IMG/VR virus record: IMGVR_UViG_3300031555_002006
Source: an uncultured virus (IMG/VR IMGVR_UViG_3300031555_002006)
Lineage: Duplodnaviria; Heunggongvirae; Uroviricota; Caudoviricetes
DNA length: 64,000 bases
Strand: one strand, 5' to 3'
Below are positions 18,279 to 28,241 of this stretch, piece after piece. Below the pieces are notes generated by a model, which was given only the letters and a program-made list of their open reading frames with translations, ran no database searches and was not told the origin of the DNA. Position numbers and translations under genes: made by a program. Position 1 is the stretch's first letter. The number at the start of each line of letters is the position of its first letter.

Positions 18279-19445
18279 ATGATCGAGATCCGCGTGGGAG
18301 TAAAGCTCCCGTTATATCCGCAAACCATATCCACCACAGACGGCGAGAAGGGGCCGAGCAAAGCCTTGGTTGGTATGGTTGCATACATACCAAAGCACCG
18401 GCGCTACTTTGTGGCAGAGTTCAAAACAGGCGGAGTCCCTATCCGAGAGTGTTTCAAGCTGCCGCTGCTCCCGTGCGATACCCCGCTGGTAAAGGAGAAG
18501 CGAAATGAAAAAAGATAAAATCCCCAAGAAGAAGGTCAAGTACACGCTGGTGCTGGACGAACGCCAGGCCAAACTACTGGCGAAGGCCTGCGAGTTCTAC
18601 GCCCGGGTCAACATCGGTCAGTGGAATGAGATTTTCCAGAGCTGCGTAGATCTGCGCAGGGATGACTACTGCGAGGTCCGTGATGCTATGGAGCCGCTGA
18701 TGCTGCAGGCCCGCCAGCTGGTGTGGCCTGAGTTGCAGGGTGTCGGACACTCCTTCGGTATCGGCAAGTTCGAACACGCCGACATCGTGTGGGAGATCTA
18801 CGAAGTCCTTCGCAACAGGATTGCGTGGACTGACCACCCCGAAGGCGGCCCCGGCGTTGACTTTTCACCTCCCATGTCCATTGCTGGCCGCGAACTCCCG
18901 GTATGTACCGTTGCTGTCGCCGGTCGCCGCTGCCAGATCTTCAACTGCGACCGCAGGCATGGAAGCTACTGCTGCTTCGACTGTCCCCAGCGGAGCAAAT
19001 GCAAAAATGCCTGCCAGAATAACCCGGAGAACTGCGGACAGGTAGCAGAGCCGGCCAAGAAAACGATTAAACGATAACACTCAGGAGGTGTCAATATGCT
19101 GCAGTGGGCTTTAGCGCATCCGTGGATGATGTTTTTCATCGCTTGTACGGGCTTACTCGTGATCGAGAGCGCAATTTGCAATGTCTGCAAGGTCATCATC
19201 GCATACATACAGAACAGGCCTTTCCGCCGCCGCAAAAGACCGGAGGGCTTCAATTCCGGGGAGGGGTGGAAATTATGAGCCAGAAGCGGGAAAAGCGCCG
19301 CCGCCAGCGCATTCGAGCTGAGTGGAGACCTCGATACCTCTGGTGGCTCAGCTGCGAGCCTCCCCGCTGGCGCTTTATCAGCCGTTGGCTGTGGAAGAAA
19401 GACCGCCCCATCCCGCCGAAAGGAGTGAAGCGGAGTGATCGATAG
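18279..19445 (+). CDS. Four small hypothetical ORFs (18279-18518, 18505-19077, 19096-19278, 19275-19445)
   Basis: Closely packed + strand ORFs, most with a visible RBS. Confidence 0.5.
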
Positions 19446-19893
19446 GCTCTTGAAGCGCACAAAGTACGGAATTGAGCGCGTCTGCCATTATCCCGAGAGT
19501 CGATGTGGAACCGCTCCGTGCTATAACTGCCCGGCCAGAACCAAGTGCAATGCCGATCTCTTTGAGCGGCTGGCTGAATATGAGGACAAGGCTGTTTTGG
19601 CCGACAAAGCCCACGATGTATGCCGGGCAGCGATTGAACACTATGGCGCCGAACCGCAGAAGCTCATGGTGATGGAGGAAATGTCAGAACTCCAGAAGGA
19701 GCTCTGCAAGAACTCCCGCGGCAAAGACAATCGCCTGAACATTGCAGAGGAAATCGCCGATGTTCTAATTATGTTGGAGCAAATGGTCATCCTTTATGAC
19801 TGCGCCGAACAGGTCGAAGACTGGCACAAGGTCAAGGTGGCCCGGTTGAAGAAACGCATCGGAAAGGTGGCAGAAAGTGAATGCTGTAATTAA
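19435..19893 (+). CDS. MazG-like nucleotide pyrophosphohydrolase
   Basis: EEMSEL...IAEEIADVLIMLEQ. Confidence 0.7.
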   Translation: MIDRLLKRTKYGIERVCHYPESRCGTAPCYNCPARTKCNADLFERLAEYEDKAVLADKAHDVCRAAIEHYGAEPQKLMVMEEMSELQKELCKNSRGKDNRLNIAEEIADVLIMLEQMVILYDCAEQVEDWHKVKVARLKKRIGKVAESECCN

Positions 19894-20689
19894 GTATCCC
19901 GGGGCAAAGTGGTCATTGGCAAGATGGATCATCGATATGTTTCCACCGCATCACAGCTATCTTGAACCCTTTTTCGGTTCCGGGGCGGTACTCTTCACGA
20001 AGCCCCGGAGCCCCATCGAGACGGTGAACGATTTGGACAATGATGTAGTCAATCTGTTTTCGTGGATACGCGAAGATCCAGAGCGGCTTGCAAAAGCGAT
20101 ATACTGGACGCCCTACGCTCGCGAGGTCTACGAAAAGGCTTGGGCGGCACAATACACTGAAACAGACCCATTTCAGAGGGCAGTGGACTTTTACATTCGC
20201 ATGATGATGGGTCACGGCTTTCGTACCACCGGGGAAAAGGTCGGGTGGAAAAACGACGTCCAAGGTCGTGAAGCGGCCTATGCTGCCGGCTATTGGTGTA
20301 AGACCCCGGATGTCATCTACCAAGCAGCCGAGCGCCTGCGTGGGGTTCAGATCGAGCATCGTCCAGCAGTGGAGTTGATAAGCCGTTTTAACTTCCCGAA
20401 TGTGCTCATATATGCCGATCCGCCGTATATGCTCGGTACTCGGCACGGGAAGCAGTACCGATGTGAAATGACAGATGAAGATCATGGGGAGCTTCTGGAT
20501 GTCCTCAAGGCTCACAAAGGCCCTGTCGTTGTCTCTGGGTATGACAGCCCGCTCTATAATTCCGAGTTGCATGGATGGTGCCGCGCCGAGTGCTCAGCCA
20601 TAGCCCAAACTTCCACCAAGCGACGAGAAGTTCTTTGGATGAACTTCGAACCAGCGAGTCAACTTGATTTATTCGGAATGGAGGATTGA
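19877..20689 (+). CDS. Dam-like DNA adenine methyltransferase
   Basis: KYPGAK, YLEPFFGSGAV, ND, YADPPY. Confidence 0.9.
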   Translation: MNAVIKYPGAKWSLARWIIDMFPPHHSYLEPFFGSGAVLFTKPRSPIETVNDLDNDVVNLFSWIREDPERLAKAIYWTPYAREVYEKAWAAQYTETDPFQRAVDFYIRMMMGHGFRTTGEKVGWKNDVQGREAAYAAGYWCKTPDVIYQAAERLRGVQIEHRPAVELISRFNFPNVLIYADPPYMLGTRHGKQYRCEMTDEDHGELLDVLKAHKGPVVVSGYDSPLYNSELHGWCRAECSAIAQTSTKRREVLWMNFEPASQLDLFGMED

Positions 20690-22861
20690 AATACATGATC
20701 TTTGAAGATCTCGCCCTGCTCGGGCGTTTTACGAGAGCATTTCCGTTGTTCTACATTAACCACAATCTCGAAGCTATCGTGCATCCCCGACGAAACTCCT
20801 ATTTTCGGCTCGAAGACGTAAAGACCGAACTGGACCTAAAGTCCAAGATCCTCGAATGGCTCTCCCGTGAGGCCTGCAAGGGCGGCACCAAGAAGACACA
20901 GGCATATCACCTTGACGGCATCAACGCCTTTCTTGGAACGACCTTCTCGCAGGAGGACATGATGGAGATCTACACCTATCTCGGCAATCGCGTGAACCAC
21001 GCCAAGACACTACGCTTCATCGAGAGTGGGTACGATATGACCGTGCTCAAGGAGGATAGGTCAGATGGATAGACTGACGGAGAAAGCCCCCGGATGCTTC
21101 CAGTATAGTCTGAAAGACCACAAGTCCGTCCCCGGAGAATTTGGGACCTACGACGCGTTCTACGACTATTCCATGGCAGTCAAGAAGCTTGGCGCCTACG
21201 AGGATGCCGAGCAGGCGGGCCAGCTGGTGATCTTCCCTTGCAAGGTGGGAGAAATTGTCTGGCTGATTGACACCCGGTTTTTCCAGAGAGAAAAGAGCCG
21301 CCTGCCGCTGGTGCGCTGCAGGGTCAACGAGTTCTCGAATGATGGCAAACACACCTACATGGTGCTCGATGGTGCCGAAAGGTGGTACGCAATGCGGCGC
21401 TTCCGTGCGGTTTTGATTGAAGACTTCGGTCATATCGTTTTCCGTACCAGGGACGAAGCTACGGCCGCGCTTGATAAGGACAATGATGTCCTTTGCAAAA
21501 AGGATGTGTGACAATGAGTCTTCGAAAAATTGACCTGATGCATCAGATGTTCGGAAAAGTCGAACAGTTCAAGTGCAAGGATTGTTCAAACCTTGTTTGT
21601 GGCAGATACCATGACAAGACTTTGAGGAAATGCAAGGTGTACGGCCTGACCCATAGCGAAGCTTCGGATTGGGCATTGAAATACATAGCCTGTGGAATGT
21701 TCAACAAGGAATACAGCGGTCAGCCGATCATTCGGCTCGTGAGGCGCAATAGTTGCGAGGCCAAGCTATCGGAAGAACCGCTGCCAGGACAGATTAAACT
21801 TAGTGTTTAACCACGGGAGCTATATGAAACTGGAGGAAATCGAAAAATGAAAGACATTTCTGAGATCAATGATCTCATGGTGGAACTGCTTGAGGATGGG
21901 GTGGATATGGAATGCGCTAAGTTCTCCCCCAGAGGTCGGGAGATCGTGAACGAAATCGCCGACTATGCGGAAAAGACCCGCATCTTTCAAGATAACAAGG
22001 AGCGAGGCACGATGTTTGATGGCGCTACGCTTCAGCAGGTCTTTGGATACATGCTTGACCGCATCGTAAATGCTCCGACCTCCATCCACCGGGAGTCCAG
22101 CATCATCCTGATTATGCCCTTTGTTCGCCAGAGACTGGCCGAGGAAGCGTGAACTGCTACCGTTGCAAGTGCAACTTCTGCGCCCGCAACTGTGAGCTTC
22201 CCTCATTCTATGTCACCATAGGCGAGATCAAAGCGGCCGAGCAGATTTGCTTTGCCTGTGACGAGTGCCGGCATTATGACGGAGATCATCGGAAGCGCAG
22301 CCAATGGCGCGGTGAGTGTGAGGGCTACATAGAGGCAAAAAAATACACCGAAGCCTGTATAGAGGCCCGGCGCCGCAGTTTCAAGATCATCAAAGGAGGA
22401 AAACGTGAGTAATAAGTGTTCGTTCCCGGAAGGGATGACCATTCGCCCCGATGGAGTCCACGAGCTGGATCCCTGTACGTATGAGGTGGTCGAGAAATAT
22501 CGGAATGTAACAGTCGAAGTCCTCCGCTGCCCCAAGTGCGGACACACGGAAATCAGCTGGTACCGGCAGGAGGACACCGAGGAGGTGGAGTTGGATGCTG
22601 AACCTTGATGGTGTAATCGAAGCGTGGGACGAGATCGTTGAGCTCCTGCGCCGAGCGTTCGGCATTGTCAACGACTCTCTCGCAGATCTGGCCGATGCTG
22701 CCTTTGACGCGCAGGAGGCCGTGGACAAGCGTGCTGCTGAGCGTAAGCGGTGGGGACACCCACCGAAATCTATTCGCATGGGTTATAAACAGCCTGTGAA
22801 AAAAGTAAAGCCCAACGCAAGATCTCGCATCCAGAAGCGGAGCGGCCAGCGTCGGGCATAA
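20686..22861 (+). CDS. Seven small hypothetical ORFs (20686-21072, 21065-21511, 21514-21810, 21847-22152, 22149-22412, 22405-22608, 22595-22861)
   Basis: Overlapping or adjacent starts and stops with RBS; several are Cys-rich. Confidence 0.55.
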
Positions 22862-22951
22862 AAAAGGAAGAGCGTTTCCGCTCCCCCCAAAGGCATAACC
22901 ATTGTATCAAAAAACTTCACATAGAGCAATAGGTAAAAAAGGAGGAGCGGA

Positions 22952-23503
22952 ATGGGTACACCTGATAATGTCGAGGCCTTGGTACGGCTCGCTGCCGAAG
23001 CAGGGGCGAAGGCCGCATTAGAGACCATCGAAAAGGAAAAGCAGAAAGAGCGGAAGTCCCGGCATGACCGCCGCCTGAGAAACACGAAGCTGCTTCTCAG
23101 AAACTTCCGTATGTTCAAGGAGCATTGCAGAAATGCAGTGTTTGAAGTATCGCAGCTGGACGAGAATGCTATTGATATTCTCGATCTCATGTGGAACCGC
23201 ACGGGCTCTGACAACTTCGTTGAGAGCATCAAAAAGAGCGCCCAGCGCACAGCGATCATCATGCAGCACATCACAGATATGCTCGGTCTGTACGAAGCAT
23301 ACTGTTTCAGATCTGGGAAGCCCGAAGACTCCCGGCGTTACCGTGTCATCGACGCTCTGTACATAGCGGACGAGCCCCTGACCCCCGCGCAGATCGCGGA
23401 GCGTGAGGACATCGATGTCCGCACGGTCTACAAGGACGTGGACGCCGCAGCGGAGAAATTGTCCGCCTTGATCTTCGGCATTGACGGCCTGAAAAGCGAA
23501 TAA
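22952..23503 (+). CDS. Late transcriptional activator (ArpU/RinA-like, C-terminal HTH)
   Basis: NTKLLLRNFR...QIAEREDIDVRTVYKD; last gene before the late operon. Confidence 0.7.
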   Translation: MGTPDNVEALVRLAAEAGAKAALETIEKEKQKERKSRHDRRLRNTKLLLRNFRMFKEHCRNAVFEVSQLDENAIDILDLMWNRTGSDNFVESIKKSAQRTAIIMQHITDMLGLYEAYCFRSGKPEDSRRYRVIDALYIADEPLTPAQIAEREDIDVRTVYKDVDAAAEKLSALIFGIDGLKSE

Positions 23504-23534
23504 TCCCTGCCGCCTTTTGGGGAATAATCGGGCA

Positions 23535-23578
23535 GGGCAAAAAGTGGGCATTGTCAAGGCACTATGAAATCTGATAAT
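23535..23578 (+). promoter_or_regulatory. Putative activator-dependent late promoter
   Basis: (G/A)GGCA repeated at 11-bp spacing (23535, 23546, 23557), then GATAAT at 23573-23578; no consensus -35. Confidence 0.5.
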
Positions 23579-23757
23579 ATTAAGCTCGTACAATTCTAAA
23601 TCATGTCCAGAGGGCGTCCTACGGGGCGCCCTCAATCCATTTTGAGAGGAGGACAGATAGCACATAATCGCCATGTCCGCTCCTTCGTGGCGTACCCTGT
23701 AGGGCGTGTCAGTCGCCAATGACGCGTGTTGCAGGTAAATCAAAGGAGGAAATAAAC

Positions 23758-25128
23758 ATGTACGGATTTGTCGTACTCGCAATCTACGCAGTCTTGATGC
23801 TGGGAGTGACATTTATCCTCTCGCGCAAGTCTGCAACATCGGAAAACTTTCACGTTGCCGACAGGAAGGTCGGTTTAGTCCAGGGTGCCATGAGCATCGC
23901 AGCTACATGGATTTGGGCGCCGGCGCTGTTCACTTCGGCAGAAAAGGCATACTCGAACGGTATCCCGGGCCTGTTTTGGTTCCTGGTTCCGAATGTGCTG
24001 TGCCTGCTGATCTTTGTGCCTTTCGGCAAGAAAATCCGGCAGCAGATGCCCGATGGCATCACCCTGTCGGGATACATGATGCGCCGGTACCACTCGAAGG
24101 CGGTACACGGCGCTTATCTTTTTGAGCTGTCCGCTCTTACGGTCCTGTCCACAGGTGTTCAGTTGCTCGCCGGTGCGAAGATCCTCGCCACGGTGACGGG
24201 CTGGCCCTTCTGGCTTATGACCGTTGTTCTGGCGGTTATCGCTTATTCCTACTCGCAGTATTCTGGTATCAAGGCCTCTGTGCTGACAGATGCTTTGCAG
24301 ATGATCTTGATGTTGGCCTGCTGCGCACTGCTTGTACCTTGGGCGCTGGCAGATGGCGGAATTGCCGATCTGGTCAATGGCCTGGGCGGTGCAAGCGGTG
24401 AATATATGCACCTGTTCGACAGCAAGGGTATTGAGGTGCTGTTTGCTTTTGGCCTCCCCACCGCTATCGGGCTTATTGCTGCGCCGTTTGGAGACCAGTG
24501 CTTCTGGCAGAGAGCCTTCTCCATCCGCGAGGACAAGATCGGAAAGGCGTTCAAGCTGGGCGCCCTGTTCTTTGCCATCGTCCCTCTGTCCATGGGCATC
24601 CTCGGATACATTGCAGCCGGCTCCGGCTATGTGGCTGCCGATGCGGGCATGGTCAACCTTGAAATGGTAACGTCCATGTTCCCCGGGTGGGTAATGCTTC
24701 CGTTCCTGTTCATGCTGCTTTCCGGCCTGCTCTCTACCGTTGATAGCAACCTGTGTGCAGCCGCGTCCTTGACGAGTGACTTTGGTGGCAGCATGAAGGC
24801 CGCCAAGGGCTCTATGATCGCTCTGCTGGCGCTGGCTATTGGAATTGCCAACATCCCCGGGCTGGCCGTGACTGATTTGTTCCTGATTTATGGCACACTG
24901 AGAGCAACGACCATGCTGCCTACGGTGTTGACCTTGAAGGGGAAAATGTTATCGGCAGGCGGTGTTGCGGGTGGAATTGCGGCATCTCTCGTTATTGGAA
25001 TGCCCATTTTCGTTATTGGCACCATAGCGGGTGACTCTACGCTGAAGACCATCGGCTGTTTGTGCGCCGTCCTGATCTCCGGTATCGTGGCCCTGCTCAC
25101 TGCCCCCAGAAAGGCGGTGAAGGCATGA
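23758..25128 (+). CDS. Sodium:solute symporter (SSS/PutP-like) family transporter
   Basis: Many hydrophobic segments; F.VADR, SIAATWIWA, SGIKASVLTD..Q, DQCFWQR, LSTVDS. Confidence 0.85.
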   Translation: MYGFVVLAIYAVLMLGVTFILSRKSATSENFHVADRKVGLVQGAMSIAATWIWAPALFTSAEKAYSNGIPGLFWFLVPNVLCLLIFVPFGKKIRQQMPDGITLSGYMMRRYHSKAVHGAYLFELSALTVLSTGVQLLAGAKILATVTGWPFWLMTVVLAVIAYSYSQYSGIKASVLTDALQMILMLACCALLVPWALADGGIADLVNGLGGASGEYMHLFDSKGIEVLFAFGLPTAIGLIAAPFGDQCFWQRAFSIREDKIGKAFKLGALFFAIVPLSMGILGYIAAGSGYVAADAGMVNLEMVTSMFPGWVMLPFLFMLLSGLLSTVDSNLCAAASLTSDFGGSMKAAKGSMIALLALAIGIANIPGLAVTDLFLIYGTLRATTMLPTVLTLKGKMLSAGGVAGGIAASLVIGMPIFVIGTIAGDSTLKTIGCLCAVLISGIVALLTAPRKAVKA

Positions 25129-25907
25129 GCATCAGAAGAAAGCAGAACTCTGATAACGGAGCATGGCTCGACGCCATGGCGAACATCGAAAGCGTTGTCA
25201 GCCGCGAGGAGATCGCGGAGATCTCTGCAAAGGCCATTGAAGAAATCCGCGCCACGACCGCCGACAAAAAAGCGGCCTACGCTTGGAGCGGTGGTAAGGA
25301 CAGTATTGTCCTTAGCAAATTGTGCGAGGATGCCGGGGTGACATCCTCCCTCATTGGCGTATGCGACCTCGAATACCCCGAGTTCATGCGCTGGATCGAG
25401 AGCAACAAGCCCGCTGGCTGCGAGGTCATCAACACCAAGCAGGATCTCGACTGGCTTGCAAAGCACCCCGAAATGCTGTTTCCCAGAGACAGCGCCCACG
25501 CTGCACGCTGGTTCTCCATTGTGCAGCACAGAGCGCAGCGCATCTATTTCCAGAAACATGAGCTTGATGTTCTGATTTTGGGTAGACGCAGAGCCGATGG
25601 CAACTATGTCGGCCGCGGCTCCAACATTTACACCGATGGCAAAGGTGTGACACGATATAGTCCGCTTGCGGCCTGGACGCATGAGCACATCCTTGCCTTT
25701 ATCCATTATAACCAGCTGCCCACACCGCCGATTTACGGCTGGCCTAACGGCTATGTGTGCGGCACACATCCTTGGCCGGCGAGACAGGGTACCGGCAGTG
25801 AAGAAAACGGATGGCGTGAGATCTACAGCATTGACCCATCCGTGGTAACTGCCGCCGCCGAGAAAATCCCCGGCGCCCGTCGCTTCCTTGAGGAGGTGAC
25901 GGCATGA
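25125..25907 (+). CDS. PAPS-reductase-like PP-loop protein
   Basis: AWSGGKDS, LGRRRAD, SPLAAW. Confidence 0.8.
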   Translation: MSIRRKQNSDNGAWLDAMANIESVVSREEIAEISAKAIEEIRATTADKKAAYAWSGGKDSIVLSKLCEDAGVTSSLIGVCDLEYPEFMRWIESNKPAGCEVINTKQDLDWLAKHPEMLFPRDSAHAARWFSIVQHRAQRIYFQKHELDVLILGRRRADGNYVGRGSNIYTDGKGVTRYSPLAAWTHEHILAFIHYNQLPTPPIYGWPNGYVCGTHPWPARQGTGSEENGWREIYSIDPSVVTAAAEKIPGARRFLEEVTA

Positions 25908-26548
25908 ATATCGTAAAGATGCCCCTGGCCGATCTGAAAAGGCCTGAGCGCAATATTCGTATTCACCCCGAAGCGCAGATAAAGGAATACGTCCGCTCCG
26001 TAAAAAAGAACGGACAGATCAAGCTGCTCGTCATTGACGAGAACAACACCATTTTGATCGGTAACGGCCTGCACGAAGCAATGCTGAGAAGCGGGTACAC
26101 CGAAGCCTACTGCATTGTTAAGGCAGGCATGACCGAAGCCGACAAAATGAAGATGATGATGGCTGACAACAAGATTTTCAGCCTTGGCATTGATAACCTC
26201 GACACCTTCAATGCGTTTCTTGAGGAACTGGTGGATGATCTCGATATTCCCGGCTATGACGAAGACATCCTCCGGAGCATGGTGGCAGATGCGGAGGATA
26301 TCAGCGAGAAGATCTCCGAGTACGGAACTATCGACGATGATGAAATCGAAGAGATCCGTGCGGCGCGAGAGAAAAAAGAAGCGCTGATAGCCAAAGCGGA
26401 GCAGGCCACCACGGCGCCTGCGGCAACGAGCGTTCCTCCAACTCCTGCTCAGGCGCCAGCTCCACCCATCTCTGAGCCGCCCGCACCCACGACAGATGTG
26501 CAGAAATATGTCATCTGCCCCAAGTGCGGGGAAAAGATTTGGCTGTAA
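25904..26548 (+). CDS. ParB/Srx-like domain protein with C-terminal Zn ribbon
   Basis: NIRIHP..QI...SVKKNG, ILIGNG, ADNK, CPKCG. Confidence 0.8.
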   Translation: MNIVKMPLADLKRPERNIRIHPEAQIKEYVRSVKKNGQIKLLVIDENNTILIGNGLHEAMLRSGYTEAYCIVKAGMTEADKMKMMMADNKIFSLGIDNLDTFNAFLEELVDDLDIPGYDEDILRSMVADAEDISEKISEYGTIDDDEIEEIRAAREKKEALIAKAEQATTAPAATSVPPTPAQAPAPPISEPPAPTTDVQKYVICPKCGEKIWL

Positions 26549-27672
26549 AGCGAATTGCGGCCAGCATAAACGTTGTGGAGGCCGCTGAGAAGCGCATCAT
26601 CAATGTGTTTCGCAACGGTCTCCCGGTTTATATGTCCTTCAGTGGAGGAAAGGACAGTTTGACACTGGCCCAGCTTGTGGTGTCGCTCATTCAGCGCGGA
26701 AAGATCGACCCCAAGCAGCTGACGGTTCAGTTCGTGGATGAAGAAGCGATATTCCCGTGCATCGAAAAGACTACGATGGCATGGCGCAAGAAGTTCCTGC
26801 TCCTTGGCGCTAAGTTCGAGTGGTTCTGCATTGAAGTCAAGCATTATAACTGCTTCAATGAGCTGTCCGAGGACGAAAGCTTCATCTGCTGGGACCGAGA
26901 AAAGGAGGCTGTGTGGGTAAGACGCCCACCATCCTTCGCCATTCGCAGCCATCCGCTGCTGAGACCGAGGGTAGACGCCTATCAGGATTTCATGCCCCGG
27001 CTCTGCATGGACGGCATAACCATCACCGGCATTCGCGCAGCCGAGTCCATCCAGCGGTTAAAGAATATCTCAAAGATGCAGACCGCAGGAAAGAAAATCA
27101 CCGGGAAGCGCCAGATATTCCCCATTTACGATTGGAGCAACAACGATGTTTGGCTCTATCTAAGGGAACAGGGCGTGGAGATCCCGGACATTTACCTGTA
27201 TCTGTGGCAGTCGGGGACGAGCAAAGGCCAGCTCCGTGTGTCACAGTTCTTTTCGGTCGATACGGCCAAGAGCCTTGTCAAGATGAACGAGTATTACCCC
27301 GACCTCATGGAGCGAGTAATACGCCGTGAACCCAATGCATATCTCGCTGCCCTATATTGGGACAGTGAAATGTTCGGCCGCAGGAGCCGCAACCGCCGCG
27401 AACTGGAAAAGGGCGAGCAGAAGGATTATCGAGCCAAGCTGATTGAGATCTTCAACAACATCGACACCTTCTTCACCGGCGCACACCAGCGCCATGTTGC
27501 CACCAGATACCGAAACTTCTTTTTGCAGGTCAGCGCATTCATAGACCAAAAGGATTGCCAGATGATTTATGAAGCGTTGATACGAGGTGACCCCAAAATG
27601 AGAGCCTTCCGAGCGTTGTATCAGCGCATCTATGGACGGTATATCACGACTGCGAAAAAGGAGGAACAGTAA
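26539..27672 (+). CDS. PAPS-reductase-like protein (IbrA/YbdN-like)
   Basis: SFSGGKDS, FVDEE, GIRAAESIQR, PIYDWSNNDVW, LRVSQ. Confidence 0.8.
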   Translation: MAVKRIAASINVVEAAEKRIINVFRNGLPVYMSFSGGKDSLTLAQLVVSLIQRGKIDPKQLTVQFVDEEAIFPCIEKTTMAWRKKFLLLGAKFEWFCIEVKHYNCFNELSEDESFICWDREKEAVWVRRPPSFAIRSHPLLRPRVDAYQDFMPRLCMDGITITGIRAAESIQRLKNISKMQTAGKKITGKRQIFPIYDWSNNDVWLYLREQGVEIPDIYLYLWQSGTSKGQLRVSQFFSVDTAKSLVKMNEYYPDLMERVIRREPNAYLAALYWDSEMFGRRSRNRRELEKGEQKDYRAKLIEIFNNIDTFFTGAHQRHVATRYRNFFLQVSAFIDQKDCQMIYEALIRGDPKMRAFRALYQRIYGRYITTAKKEEQ

Positions 27673-28194
27673 ATGGAACACGCAAATCTTTTCAGTCCGC
27701 TTGGCTCCCTGCAGTGGGTAGATCGTACACTGCTCAAGCCCAACGACTACAACCCCAATAAAGTCAGCCGCGAAAACCTGAAACTGCTGACACAATCCAT
27801 TCTGACGAATGGCTGGACGCTCCCCATTGTGGTTCGTCCCGACTTTACCATCATTGACGGCTTCCATCGCTGGACAGTATCCGGCGAGGAGCCGCTTTTT
27901 TCTGCCCTGGGAGGCAAGGTACCCGTGGTTATCGTGGACCACAAGGACGCCAGTCAGGACATTTACGGCACGGTCACCCATAACAGAGCCAGAGGTACAC
28001 ATCTGCTCGAGCCGATGAAGGCTATCGTCAAAAGGCTCATGGATGACGGGAAATCCGTTGAGGAAATCGGCAAAGAGCTCGGCATGAGACCCGAAGAGAT
28101 CTTCCGCCTGTCCGACTTCTCCAAAGACGATTTTCTGCTGATGATGGTAAAGAATACCAGCTACAGCAAGGCCGAGCTTCTTACCAATGTCTAA
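27673..28194 (+). CDS. ParB-like protein (IbrB/YbdM-like)
   Basis: PNDYNPNKV, SILTNGWTLPIVV, IIDGFHRW, HNRARG. Confidence 0.85.
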   Translation: MEHANLFSPLGSLQWVDRTLLKPNDYNPNKVSRENLKLLTQSILTNGWTLPIVVRPDFTIIDGFHRWTVSGEEPLFSALGGKVPVVIVDHKDASQDIYGTVTHNRARGTHLLEPMKAIVKRLMDDGKSVEEIGKELGMRPEEIFRLSDFSKDDFLLMMVKNTSYSKAELLTNV

Positions 28195-28241
28195 GCCTTG
28201 CAGCGAATTAACTCAAATATCAAATCTGATGTGAGGTGGTG

